Below are positions 1 to 10,883 of a stretch of DNA of 64,000 bases, piece after piece. Below the pieces are notes generated by a model that had not been told where the DNA came from, searched no databases, and worked only from the letters and a program-made list of their open reading frames with translations. A program made the position numbers and the translations under genes. The DNA comes from an uncultured Gemmatimonadales bacterium (GTDB lineage: Bacteria; Gemmatimonadota; Gemmatimonadetes; Gemmatimonadales; GWC2-71-9): contig CAVUAK010000003.1 of the NCBI GenBank assembly GCA_963739455.1, forward strand, positions 352,001 through 416,000, in the 5' to 3' direction. Positions within the stretch are counted from its first letter, which is position 1. Each line of letters opens with the position of its first letter.

Positions 1-18
1 TGCTTGCGGGGCGCCCGG

Positions 19-1515
19 TTACCGAATGGTGATCCGAACTCCCGGCGGGGGGGCAATCCGACCTCCGAGGCGCGTCCCGAAGTGGGTCACGACCAGGTCG
101 GCGACTCGCGGTGCCGTGGTGAGGTCGCCGCAGGGACCGGCCGCCTCGGGAATGTTGTAGCCATCCCCCCCGCGGCACGCGAGGTACGCCGGGATGCTGA
201 GCCGGATGATCTGGTCAGGATAGATCGAATTGCCGAGCTGCGTTGTCACCGGGCCGGCGATGCGCGATCCCGAGGGCCGGCCGCGGTCGAACGTGAACTT
301 GATGCCCGACACCTGCAGGAACCCCCCATTGCCGAAGTTCCGGTCCGACACGCTGTTCTCGAGGATGTCGCGCAGTCGCTGGCCCGAGACCGGGACGGTG
401 ACGATGCGGGTTTCGTCGGCGAACAGGAAGATTGATTCAATGGTGTAGAACCAGATCGGTCCCGGAGGGATGATCTCGTTGAGCCGCAGCGCGCCGCCGT
501 TGATGACGCCGACGTCCGTGGCGGTGCCCAGCCGGATCGCATCGGTGACCAGGTCGCCCAGGACGGTCTCCTGTGATCGCTGTGGCTCGTCGCGCGCGTC
601 GATGGGCTGCATGACGATGCCCACCGTGTAGTTCGGCCCCAGCCTGAGGCGGAGGCTGTCCTGCCAGCGGGCCACCACCGCCCCCACGGCCGTATCCATG
701 GGGAGGTTCGGCGCCACATCGAGGAGTCGCGGCGCGGTCTTCCAGTCGTTCTTTGCCCCCCAGATCGTCATGAACTGCGTCGACACGGCGTTGGCATCGG
801 CCTTGAGCACATAGCGCGTTCCGACCGCCACGGTGTGCGCATCATGGGTGTTCCCGCCGAGCACGAGCTCGAGGTCTCCCTCACGATTCAGCAGCGCCAC
901 GTCGGCGGCGAGTGCCTGGTGCGTGAGGGCCACGATCATGTCGGCACCCATCGCGGCCAGTGAGTCGAGGGCCACCGTCGCGGCGCTGTCCGGCGATCCA
1001 CACTGCACATACCTCGGATACTGGCCCTGCAAGGTGAGGCCGAAGATCCCGATCTTCTTGCCATACACGCGGACCGTGTCCCACGGCAGCACGCCCGGGA
1101 AGCGCGAGCCATCGGATTGCACGCAGTTGCTGGACAGCCACTTGAACTTCGACTCATCGATCCGTGCCAGGAGGGTGTCGAGCGGAAGGTTGAACTCGTG
1201 GTTGCCGAACGTGACGTAGTCCAGCCCGGCGGCGTTAAGAGCCTCGACCATCTGCGCGCCGTTGTAGTAGCGGCTGAGCAGGCTCGGCCCCAGGAAATCG
1301 CCGGCCAGCACGAACAGCACCGGGCCCTCCGCCGAGATCCGCTGCTTGAGGGTCGCGAGGCGGGCCAGGCCCCCGTTGCCGTCGGGCAGCGTGTCGGCGA
1401 CGTAGACGTCGTTGATCGACAGGAATCGCGCCGGGTTGGTCGGTGCCGCTGCCTTGGGCAGTCCAGTGCAGGCAACCGCCGCAAGGGCGGTGATCGCGAG
1501 GAACAGGTTTCGCAA
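19..1515 (-). CDS. 5'-nucleotidase / bifunctional metallophosphatase, lipoprotein
   Basis: Lipobox-like LAAVAC; metallophosphoesterase motifs NDVY, LAGDF, FGNHEF; C-terminal 5'-nucleotidase domain (ETVLGDLVTDA, NGGALR, GGFLQVSG, GGDGY). Confidence 0.85.
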   Translation of the reverse strand: MRNLFLAITALAAVACTGLPKAAAPTNPARFLSINDVYVADTLPDGNGGLARLATLKQRISAEGPVLFVLAGDFLGPSLLSRYYNGAQMVEALNAAGLDYVTFGNHEFNLPLDTLLARIDESKFKWLSSNCVQSDGSRFPGVLPWDTVRVYGKKIGIFGLTLQGQYPRYVQCGSPDSAATVALDSLAAMGADMIVALTHQALAADVALLNREGDLELVLGGNTHDAHTVAVGTRYVLKADANAVSTQFMTIWGAKNDWKTAPRLLDVAPNLPMDTAVGAVVARWQDSLRLRLGPNYTVGIVMQPIDARDEPQRSQETVLGDLVTDAIRLGTATDVGVINGGALRLNEIIPPGPIWFYTIESIFLFADETRIVTVPVSGQRLRDILENSVSDRNFGNGGFLQVSGIKFTFDRGRPSGSRIAGPVTTQLGNSIYPDQIIRLSIPAYLACRGGDGYNIPEAAGPCGDLTTAPRVADLVVTHFGTRLGGRIAPPPGVRITIR

Positions 1516-1539
1516 CGGTGATCCCGGGATGGAAGTCAG

Positions 1540-2151
1540 TCAGTCCTCATGCGCGCGGAGCGCACGCACGACGTCCGTGCTCAGCACCCGCAGTTCCTCG
1601 AGCATCTCGGGCCGTTGCCAGTCCGATCGCTCCTCCAGCAGCTCGAGCAGCGAGCGATACCACCATACCGTCTGCTCAGACGACGCCGACGACACTGTAC
1701 GCACATACTCGGCGCCCAGGCGCCGCAGGGCGGTCAGGGTCAGTCCGGCGCAGTGGATCTCGTCTGCCACGCAGATGTCCACCGCGCGTGGCTCGGCCAC
1801 CCCGAGGTGCGCGAGGTAGTCGTGCTTCACTGCCCGCCACGGCAGCTCGCATCCACGCGCGTCGAAGCGCGTTTCCACCGCATCGCGCGCGATCGCCAGC
1901 ACCACGGAGCCGAACTTGATCCCGATGTTCTGCTCCATGCCCTGGCGCGCATCGGGCGCCGTCTCCTCCAGCACCAGGTGGAGCACGCCGGCCACCACTG
2001 TCGGCTGGTCGGCGCTGTACCGGCTCAGGATGACGGCGAGGTTGCCCGGGTGCGCGATGAAGTCCGCGCTGCCGGTCGCCGGCGCGCGCGGGACGTAGTG
2101 CTTGGCCGCGAAGGCAAAGGCATGATGAATGCGATCGGAGTAACCGTGCAT
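1540..2151 (-). CDS. HD-domain protein, RelA/SpoT hydrolase (Mesh1/SAH)-like fold, degenerate active site
   Basis: Pattern AFAFAAKH...FIAHP..LAVIL...VVAGVLHLVLEET...IGIKFG..V resembles HD_4 hydrolases, but LHDxxED reads LHLVLEE. Confidence 0.65.
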   Translation of the reverse strand: MHGYSDRIHHAFAFAAKHYVPRAPATGSADFIAHPGNLAVILSRYSADQPTVVAGVLHLVLEETAPDARQGMEQNIGIKFGSVVLAIARDAVETRFDARGCELPWRAVKHDYLAHLGVAEPRAVDICVADEIHCAGLTLTALRRLGAEYVRTVSSASSEQTVWWYRSLLELLEERSDWQRPEMLEELRVLSTDVVRALRAHED

Positions 2152-2188
2152 GCGGGCGGCTAGCCGTCCAGTCGGTCGCGCGGGATGG

Positions 2189-2824
2189 TCAGGGAATCCC
2201 CAGAAGTTTATGCGTCTGGAGGCTCATCTTCCAGCGGGGATGCGCCAGGCAGTAGCGCACCGCCGCCGCGGTGTTGGCCTCGCGATGGGGCCCGTCCATC
2301 GGCTGCAGGAAGAAATGGTCGAACGCGAGACCCTCGAAACGCTCGGGCATCGCCAGCGGCTGGGGGTACACGAGCTTGAGCTCGTTGCCGGCTGCCAGCA
2401 CCATGGGGGCCGCCGCCTTGGGGCTGACGCAGATCCAGTCCAGGCCCGATGGCGGCAGCTGCGTCCCGTTCGTCTCCACTGCCACCAGGATGCCCCGCTG
2501 ATGCAGCGCCTCGACCAGCGGCTCGTCGAGCTGCAGCAGCGGCTCGCCACCGGTGCAGACCACGTAAGGTGACCCGCCGCCGCCCGCCGGCCATGCCGCC
2601 AGTACCGCGTCAGCCAGCGCCGCCGGAGTGGCGAACTTCCCCCCGCCCGGGCCATCCGTGCCCACAAACTCAGTGTCGCAGAAGTCGCAGATGGCGGTGG
2701 CTCGGTCTGCCTCGCGTCCGCTCCACAGGTTGCACCCGGCGAAGCGGCAGAACACCGCCGCGCGGCCCGTCTGCGCCCCTTCACCCTGGAGCGTGTAGAA
2801 CAACTCCTTCACCGCATATGTCAT
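2189..2824 (-). CDS. queE: 7-carboxy-7-deazaguanine synthase (radical SAM, Cx14CxxC type)
   Basis: [19 protein letters not shown]...CDFCDT (C-x14-C-x2-C), [20 protein letters not shown]; overlaps queC stop. Confidence 0.95.
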   Translation of the reverse strand: MTYAVKELFYTLQGEGAQTGRAAVFCRFAGCNLWSGREADRATAICDFCDTEFVGTDGPGGGKFATPAALADAVLAAWPAGGGGSPYVVCTGGEPLLQLDEPLVEALHQRGILVAVETNGTQLPPSGLDWICVSPKAAAPMVLAAGNELKLVYPQPLAMPERFEGLAFDHFFLQPMDGPHREANTAAAVRYCLAHPRWKMSLQTHKLLGIP

Positions 2825-3517
2825 GAGGTGCGTGCGTACGGCGCCGGATCAGTGAGCCCCGCCTCGGCAAAGCCCCTGAGCCGCAGCAGGCACGCATCGC
2901 AGCGCCCACAGGCGTTTCCGTGCGCATCGGGATCGTAGCAGGTGCGGGTCAGCGAGAAGTCCACGTCCAGCTCCCGGCCTCGCTCGACGATCTGCCGCTT
3001 GGTCATCCGGATGAGTGGCGCATGGATCGTGATCGCACGCCCCTCCGTCCCCATCCTGGTGCCTAGGCGCGCCATTGCCTCGAAGGCCCGCATGAATTCC
3101 GGCCGGCAGTCGGGGTAGCCGCTGTAGTCGATCGCGTTGGCACCGATGAACAGGTCGCTCGAGTCCAGGGTCTCGGCCCAGCCCAGCGCCAGCGAGAGGA
3201 AGATGGTATTGCGCGCCGGCACGTACGTCACCGGGATGGCGGCATCCATTGCCGCGAGCGGGCGGTCCTTGGGTACGTCGATGCCGGCGGTGAGTGCCGA
3301 GCCACCGAACGCAGCCAGGTCGATGTCGAGCACGGCGTGGCGCGCGACGCCGAGCGCCGCCGCCACCCGGCGCGCCGCGTCCAGTTCGATGGCGTGGCGC
3401 TGGCCATAGCGGAAACTCAGCGCGTACACCTCGAATCCCTGCTCCCGGGCGATCGGCGCCGGTGGTGGCGGAATCCATGCCCCCCGAGAGCAGCAATACG
3501 GCACGACGCGTGGTCAT
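2821..3517 (-). CDS. queC: 7-cyano-7-deazaguanine synthase (frameshift near 3460, probably sequencing error)
   Basis: N-terminal LLSGGMDS in one frame; YGQRH, TYVPARN, YPDCR, CGRCDAC in the next frame. Confidence 0.93.
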
Positions 3518-3534
3518 GCCGTAATTCTAACGGG

Positions 3535-4901
3535 CTAGCGCCCGAGGACGTGCCGCAGCGCGGCCTCCAGCTGCCCATGTCGGTGACGGTAGCGGTACTC
3601 CTGCAGCAACTCCGGTAGCACGCGGGTGCTGGCGAGCAGCGTTGCCTCCGCCATCTCCCCGAAGACCAGCTTGACTGCCGCTGCCGGCAACGGCAGGATC
3701 GCCGGCCGCTCCAGCACGCGGCCCAGGGTGCGCGCGAGGTCGGCGTTCCGCGCCGGCGCAGGGGCGACGGCATTGAACGCGCCCCGCACCTGCTGGTTGG
3801 TGGCCGCGAGGTACAGCATCGAGATCGCGTCGTCGATCGAGGCCCACCCGAACCATTGGCGCCCGCCGCCGACCGGTCCTCCCACGCCGGCGAGAAAGGG
3901 AGGCAGGAGCTTGTGCAGCGCGCCGCCCGCAGGGCTCAGGACGATGCCGAAGCGCGGGTGGGCCACGCGCACTCCGGCACCCGTGGCCTGGTCCGCCGCG
4001 CCTTCCCACGCCTGCACCAGGGAGGGGAAGAACCCGGCACCGGGCGCCGCCTCGTCGCCCAGCGGCTCATCGCCCCGGTCGCCGTAGAATCCCGAGGCCG
4101 ATACCGACACGAGCACCGGTGGTCGCGGCGTCGCGCGCGCCACCGCCTGCGCGAGCAGCCCCGCCGAGCGCACCCGGCTGTCGATCAGCTCCTGCTTCCG
4201 CTCCGATGTCCATCGCCCGCCGGCCACGTTGGCACCGGCGAGGTTGATGACGGCGTCGGCGCCGGCCAGCACTGACGAGTCGATCGTCCCGCGGGCTGGA
4301 TCCCAGAGGGAGTCGCCCGGCCCGGGTTGCTCCGCACCAGCCGGGTCACCTGGTGGCCGCCACTGGTAAGGAAGGGCACCAGCGCCGAGCCGATCATGCC
4401 GGTGGCGCCGGCCACGACGAACCGCTTCGGCGGCACGCCCGCGTGCGCCGCGAGGTCGGCCGCGAGCGTGGCGTGACGATAACGCAGCATCCGCTCGAGC
4501 CGCGCCCGCAGCGTGGGCCCGCTGAACAGTGCCCCGGCACCGCCCAGCGGGGGCACGCAGGTGATGCAGTCGCTCAGCAGGGTGGCGCCCGCGCCGTCCG
4601 CCGTCATGTCATGCTCGTGCACCCAGCTCGTGAACGGGCCTTCCTCCTGCACGTCCACGAACCCGCGCCCTGTCACCACGTCGCGGTGCACCGCGACCCA
4701 GCGAAGCGGCACCGGTCCCAGCTTCACCTCCATCACCACGCGGGCCCCGTTTTCGATCCCGCCGGTGCGCTCCAGGACGCGCGCCTCTTCCCAGGGAGGC
4801 ACCAGCCGCTCGAGCGCGCCCGGCCGGGTGTGCCACTGCCACACCTCGTCCACCGGCCGCTCGATACGGGTCGTTCGCTCGACAACCAGTTGGTTGGTCA
4901 T
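3535..4901 (-). CDS. SRPBCC domain + TIGR01777 family NAD-dependent epimerase fusion (frameshift near 4320)
   Basis: N-terminal WHTRPGALERLVPPW / GPF..W.HEH SRPBCC part; GATGMIG Rossmann motif; AVINLAG, RW...RK, SASGFYG, GGPVGGGRQW of TIGR01777. Confidence 0.85.
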
Positions 4902-5033
4902 GGTCCCGGTACCCCGCATGCGAGCCGCGGGTTCCGGCGACTCGGGAGCGGCAATCGGTATCGTGCGACGGCGGGATCGTTTAACTTTGCGCTCCGTTGT
5001 ACGCAGGCTCACGCCGCACCAGAGGAGGCGACC

Positions 5034-6974
5034 ATCACGACCACCGTTGCCGCCCCGGTCTGGACGCCGAAGGACGCCGAGAAGCTCTACAACATGAGCG
5101 GCTGGGGTCTCGGTTACTTCCGGGTGAACGCCGAGGGCCACGTCACCGTCCATCCCGACGGCGATCCCAAGCGTGGGCTCGATCTCTACCAGCTCGCCAC
5201 CGACCTCGATGCCCAGGGCGTGGGTCTCCCGCTGCTCCTGCGCTTCTCCGACATCCTCCGGTCGCGCATTGCCACCCTGGCGGGGCACTTCGCGCACGCG
5301 ATCAAGGAGTTCGGCTACGAGGGGCGCTACACCACGGTCTACCCGATCAAGGTGAACCAGCAGCGCCACGTGGTGCAGGAAGTCGTCGAGTTCGGTGAGG
5401 AGTTCGGTGTGGGCCTCGAGTGCGGCAGCAAGCCGGAGCTGATGGCCATCCTGGGCCTGAGCGATGCCAGCCATCACCTCATCGTCTGCAACGGCTACAA
5501 GGACGAGGAGTTCATGCGCCTGGCCATGATGGGCCAGAAGCTGGGCCATACCGTCATCATCGTCATCGAGCAGCTGAACGAGCTCGACGTGCTGCTCAAG
5601 GTCGCCAATGAGATGCAGGTGGAGCCGAGCGTCGGCGTGCGCATCAAGCTCTCGAGCGAGGGCTCGGGGCGGTGGGCGAAGAGCGGCGGGGAGAAGTCGA
5701 AGTTCGGCCTGTCGCCGGTGGAGCTGGTGCAGCTGCTCGACCGCCTCAAGGCGATGAACCGGATGAGCATCCTCAAGCTGGTGCACTTCCATCTCGGCAG
5801 CCAGATCACCGACATCCGCTTCGTGAAGGCGGGGCTCGACGAGGCCTGCCGCTACTACATCGAGCTGCGTCGCATGGGTTTCGAGGTGGGGTACGTGGAC
5901 GTGGGCGGTGGCCTGGGCGTCGACTACGACGGCTCACGCTCGACCCGCACCGCCAGCATGAACTACACCATGCGCGAGTATGCCAACGACGTCATCTACA
6001 CCCTGGGCACCGCCTGCCGCAGCGAAGAAGTGCCCATGCCCAATGTCATCTCCGAGTCGGGCCGTGCCATCACCGCGCATCACGCGCTGCTGCTCATCAA
6101 CGTCATCGATGTCGAGACGCTGAACGAGACCTCGGCGCCGGAGCTGGGCGACGATCCGCACCAGCTGCTGGTGGACATGAAGGAGAGCCTCGAGTCACTC
6201 ACCCTGGAGCGGGTGGCCGAGGTGTTCCACGACGCCATCTTCGCCAAGGAGCGCTCGCAGGAGTACTTCGGCAGCGGCATCTTCTCCCTGCGCGATCGCG
6301 CGCATGCCGAGCAGCTCTATCTCTCCACGCTTGGCCGGCTCGCCGAGGTCATCGCCGAGGATCCCACCGCCTATCCCGAGATCGCGACGCATCTCGAGGG
6401 AGCGCTGGTCGATCGCTACTTCTGCAATTTCTCGGTCTTCCAGTCGCTGCCCGACAACTGGGCCATCGACCAGCTCTTCCCGATCATGCCGATTCACCGG
6501 CTGCTCGAGAAGCCCAATCGCCGTGGCACCATCCAGGACGTCACCTGCGATTCCGACGGCGTCATCGATCGCTTCGCGGGCGGGCGCAAGGGTAAGCCGA
6601 GCCTCGAGCTGCATCGCTGGGAGGAATCCCAGACGTACATCCTCGGCATCTTTCTCACCGGGGCTTACCAGGAAATTCTCGGCGACCTCCACAACCTGTT
6701 CGGGGACACCAACGCGATCCACGTGCGCCTGAAGAATGGCGGCTACGAGATCACCGACCTGGTGCATGGGGATACCGTCACCGAGGTGCTCAACTACGTG
6801 CAGTTCCACGCCTCCGATCTCCTGGCCACCTTCCGTCGCAAGGTGAGCGCGGCGAAGGACCTGTCGCGCCAGGATTCCAACACCTTCATCGCCGACTACG
6901 TGGCGGGGCTCGAGGGCTACACCTATCTCGAGGGCGACATGTCGGTGCCCGCATCGGCACCAGCGCCAGGCTGA
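5034..6974 (+). CDS. speA: biosynthetic arginine decarboxylase
   Basis: WGLGYF, PLP lysine motif YPIKVNQ, CNGYKD, SGGEKSKFGL, HFHLGSQI, DVGGGLG, ESGRA, DVTCDSDG, GAYQEILG. Start placed at an in-frame ATC after GGAGG; the exact start is uncertain. Confidence 0.93.
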   Translation: MTTTVAAPVWTPKDAEKLYNMSGWGLGYFRVNAEGHVTVHPDGDPKRGLDLYQLATDLDAQGVGLPLLLRFSDILRSRIATLAGHFAHAIKEFGYEGRYTTVYPIKVNQQRHVVQEVVEFGEEFGVGLECGSKPELMAILGLSDASHHLIVCNGYKDEEFMRLAMMGQKLGHTVIIVIEQLNELDVLLKVANEMQVEPSVGVRIKLSSEGSGRWAKSGGEKSKFGLSPVELVQLLDRLKAMNRMSILKLVHFHLGSQITDIRFVKAGLDEACRYYIELRRMGFEVGYVDVGGGLGVDYDGSRSTRTASMNYTMREYANDVIYTLGTACRSEEVPMPNVISESGRAITAHHALLLINVIDVETLNETSAPELGDDPHQLLVDMKESLESLTLERVAEVFHDAIFAKERSQEYFGSGIFSLRDRAHAEQLYLSTLGRLAEVIAEDPTAYPEIATHLEGALVDRYFCNFSVFQSLPDNWAIDQLFPIMPIHRLLEKPNRRGTIQDVTCDSDGVIDRFAGGRKGKPSLELHRWEESQTYILGIFLTGAYQEILGDLHNLFGDTNAIHVRLKNGGYEITDLVHGDTVTEVLNYVQFHASDLLATFRRKVSAAKDLSRQDSNTFIADYVAGLEGYTYLEGDMSVPASAPAPG

Positions 6975-6997
6975 CGCGGCCGCAGGGTCACAGCAAG

Positions 6998-7027
6998 AAG
7001 GGGCGGGCCTTTGCGGCCCGCCCCTTT
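6998..7027. terminator. bidirectional intrinsic terminator between speA and gltA
   Basis: AAGGGGCGGGCC-TTTGC-GGCCCGCCCCTTT hairpin between convergent genes. Confidence 0.75.
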
Positions 7028-7045
7028 GCTTTGGATACCGTCGTC

Positions 7046-7166
7046 GTCAAATCCACTGGAGCGATCCCGGCGTACCTCAAGTGTCGAACTGATGGCCCTG
7101 GCTGCTCAGGTGGGCCAGGTCGTGAGCGGGGGAGCGCCGGATGGCCTCCTCCAGGACATCCGTGAC
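7046..7166. ncRNA. candidate structured RNA (rod-like, bulged) in the gltA 3' region
   Basis: Nested complementary blocks GTCA/TGAC, CTGGAG/CTCCAG, CCGGCG/CGCCGG, CTCA/TGAG, CCTGGC/GCCAGG. No family assigned. Confidence 0.35.
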
Positions 7167-7208
7167 TTCCACTGCACGGCTTGCGGCCTGTGCCCACCCC
7201 CAGCGCTG

Positions 7209-8499
<1,291 letters not shown>

Positions 8500-8541
8500 G
8501 CGAACTCCTCACGGCTGGATGATCACGCTAAGATAATATCC

Positions 8542-9377
8542 TTGCCACTCTCACTTTCCTCACGGGCCTCGGGCCTCCTGCTCGGCCAGGTCGCAGCCGC
8601 CGGTTCGGGCCAGCCGCCCGCGCGGGGCCCCGGCGCGTCTGGCGCTTGCCCGGATCCTTGGCGAAGTGCTGCTCGTTCCCGACCCAGACCTCGCTGCACT
8701 GGCTCGACGCTGGGCGGCCGCGGCCCCGGACGATGCCTCCCTCGACGCCGGATCCCTCGCCGGATTTGCGCACCTGCGGGAGACCGGCGTGCCGCGTGAG
8801 GCGGCGCCGGCAGGGGAGCAGCCGACGCTGCCGCCGCACCTCATTCCGGTGGCGCTTGCTCGCCTTCGACAACCCGCGCACCCTCACCAGCCTCACCTGG
8901 CACCTCGCGGTGCTGACTCATCCCGACCCCGAATCCACCTGGGGCGCGGTTGCCGTGAATGTCGCCGCCGCCCGCCTGCTGCAGGGCCATCGCGACTTCG
9001 TGCCCGACGTCATCGAGGCCCTGCGCAACAACGAGGCGCCCACCCTGCTGCTCGAGACTGTTCGCCGGCTGCCGCTCCTCCGGCGCGAGAACATTGACGG
9101 CCTCGCCGGCTCGACGTCACCGGCCATTGGTGCCACCTGCGCCGCGCTGTGGGCGGCCCACACCGAGCCGCGCACCAGCACGGCCATCGAGTGGCTCGAG
9201 CGGCTCCCTGCGCCCGTGGCGGCGTCGGCGGCAGCCGCTGGTGCCGGGCTCCTTGGCGCGCGGGACGGCATCGAGGCGCTGCGGATCGCCCTCGGTGAGC
9301 GCGGCGTGGACCTGAACGCGCTCAAGCGGCTGTCCGACCAGCTCGCCCGGATCGCGGCGCCCGACGGGCGCGCGTGA
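8542..9377 (+). CDS. ADP-ribosylglycohydrolase-like protein (degenerate; frameshifts in 5' half)
   Basis: LTHPDP...GAVAVN..AARLL and A.AGAGLLGARDG..A resemble the ARH/DraG fold; acidic catalytic motifs not recognisable. Confidence 0.5.
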
Positions 9378-10852
9378 CGCGGACAAACACTGGAGTGCTG
9401 GTGCTGCTGCTTGCCGCGGCAGTGCGACTGGCTGTGGCAGCGGTTGTCCCGCTTCATCCCGACGAGGCCTACTACTGGGAATGGTCCCGGCACCTCTCGG
9501 CCGGCTACTTCGACCATCCTCCCGTCATTGCCTTCCTCATTCGCGCCGGCACGCTGTTGCTGGGCGACACCCCGCTCGGCGTACGATTCTGGCCGGTGCT
9601 CTGCGGCCTCGCCGGTGGATGGGCCATCATGCGGCTCGCGTCCAACCTCGCCGACCGCGCCGCGGGTGACGGTGCCGCACTGGCCTTCGTGGCGCTCCCA
9701 GTCATGTCGGGCGTCTTCCTCCTGGCCACACCCGACGCACCCCTCCTCGCATTCGTCGCACTCGCCCTGCTTCGCGGTAGAGCGCGCGATGGCATCGGCG
9801 ACGCCGACGGCCTGGTGGCTCGCAGCCGGGGTCGCGACCGGGCTCGCCATGGCATCCAAGTACACCGGGATTGTCCTGCCGCTCGGACTCCTCGCCGGCA
9901 TGCCTGGCATCTGCTTCGTCGCGTCGTGTGCTGCGGACGCCCGGTCCCTGGCTCGCGGTGCTGGTCGCAAGCCTGGTGATGCTGCCGGTGCTGCGCTGGA
10001 ACGCGCTGCACGACTGGAGCTCGTTCCGCTTCCAGCTGGAGCATGGCCTCGGGCAATCCGGTGGGCGGCGCGGCGTGGCGCCGTGAACTGGAGCTGCTCG
10101 GCGGACAACTGCTGCTGGCGTCGCCAGTGCTCTTTGTGCTCGGTGTGGTCGCGGTGCTGCGGGCCGCGCGTGGTGCTGATCGAGTACAGCGAGTACTGGC
10201 AGCCGTTGCGATCACCACCGCAGCGCTCTTTGCATACAGCGCGCTGCGTCGGCGTGTGGAGGCCAACTGGCCAGCGCTGGCCTGGGTGCCGATCGCCGCA
10301 CTCCTCGGAACGAGCCGGTTCGCCGGCGCATCGCAGCTGTGGCGCCGCGTCGGCCTGGCGATGGGATTCATCGGTACCGCGGCACTGTATCTCCAGTCCG
10401 TAACACCCGTCGTTCCCCTCGCTGCGCGTCGCGATCCGACGTCGCGCGCCTACGGCTGGGCCGATCTCGCCACCGCGGTCGACACCACGCTCGGTGCCGC
10501 CCAGCGGCGGCCGTGGGTGGCGGCCGACCGCTACCAGGATGCCGCCGAGCTCGCCTTCCTGCTGCCGGCCCATCCCGCCGTCTTCTCCCTGAACTTGGGC
10601 GGCCGCGACAACCAGTACCGTTACTGGCCCGCCTTCCGCGACAGCGCGCAGGCGGGCGACGACCTGCTGCTGGTCCTCGCCGACCGCTCCGACGACGACC
10701 CGGAACCCGTCATCGCGACCCTCGCACCCCTCTTCGCTTCGGTGGAAAAGGGCGAGCGGGTAGTCATGCGCCGGGGCGCCGCCCAGGTCACCTCCCGACG
10801 TCTCTGGTTGCTACGCGACTGGAGGGGCGCGTGGCTGCCGCCGCCGCAGTAG
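9374..10852 (+). CDS. GT-C glycosyltransferase family 39 / ArnT-like membrane protein (frameshifts 9770-10070)
   Basis: PDEAYYWEWSRHL..GYFDHPP, ATPDAPL, SKYT, WNA.HDW.SF.FQ, EANW motifs distributed over frames; hydrophobic. Confidence 0.8.
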
Positions 10853-10883
10853 ATTCTTCGCCCATCCCTATCCCTATCGGACC

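Noticed and set aside
4353..5033. Long N-terminal extension of SpeA (873-aa ORF)
   Set aside because: It overlaps the opposite-strand SRPBCC-epimerase gene; SpeA similarity and a strong RBS begin near 5024-5034.
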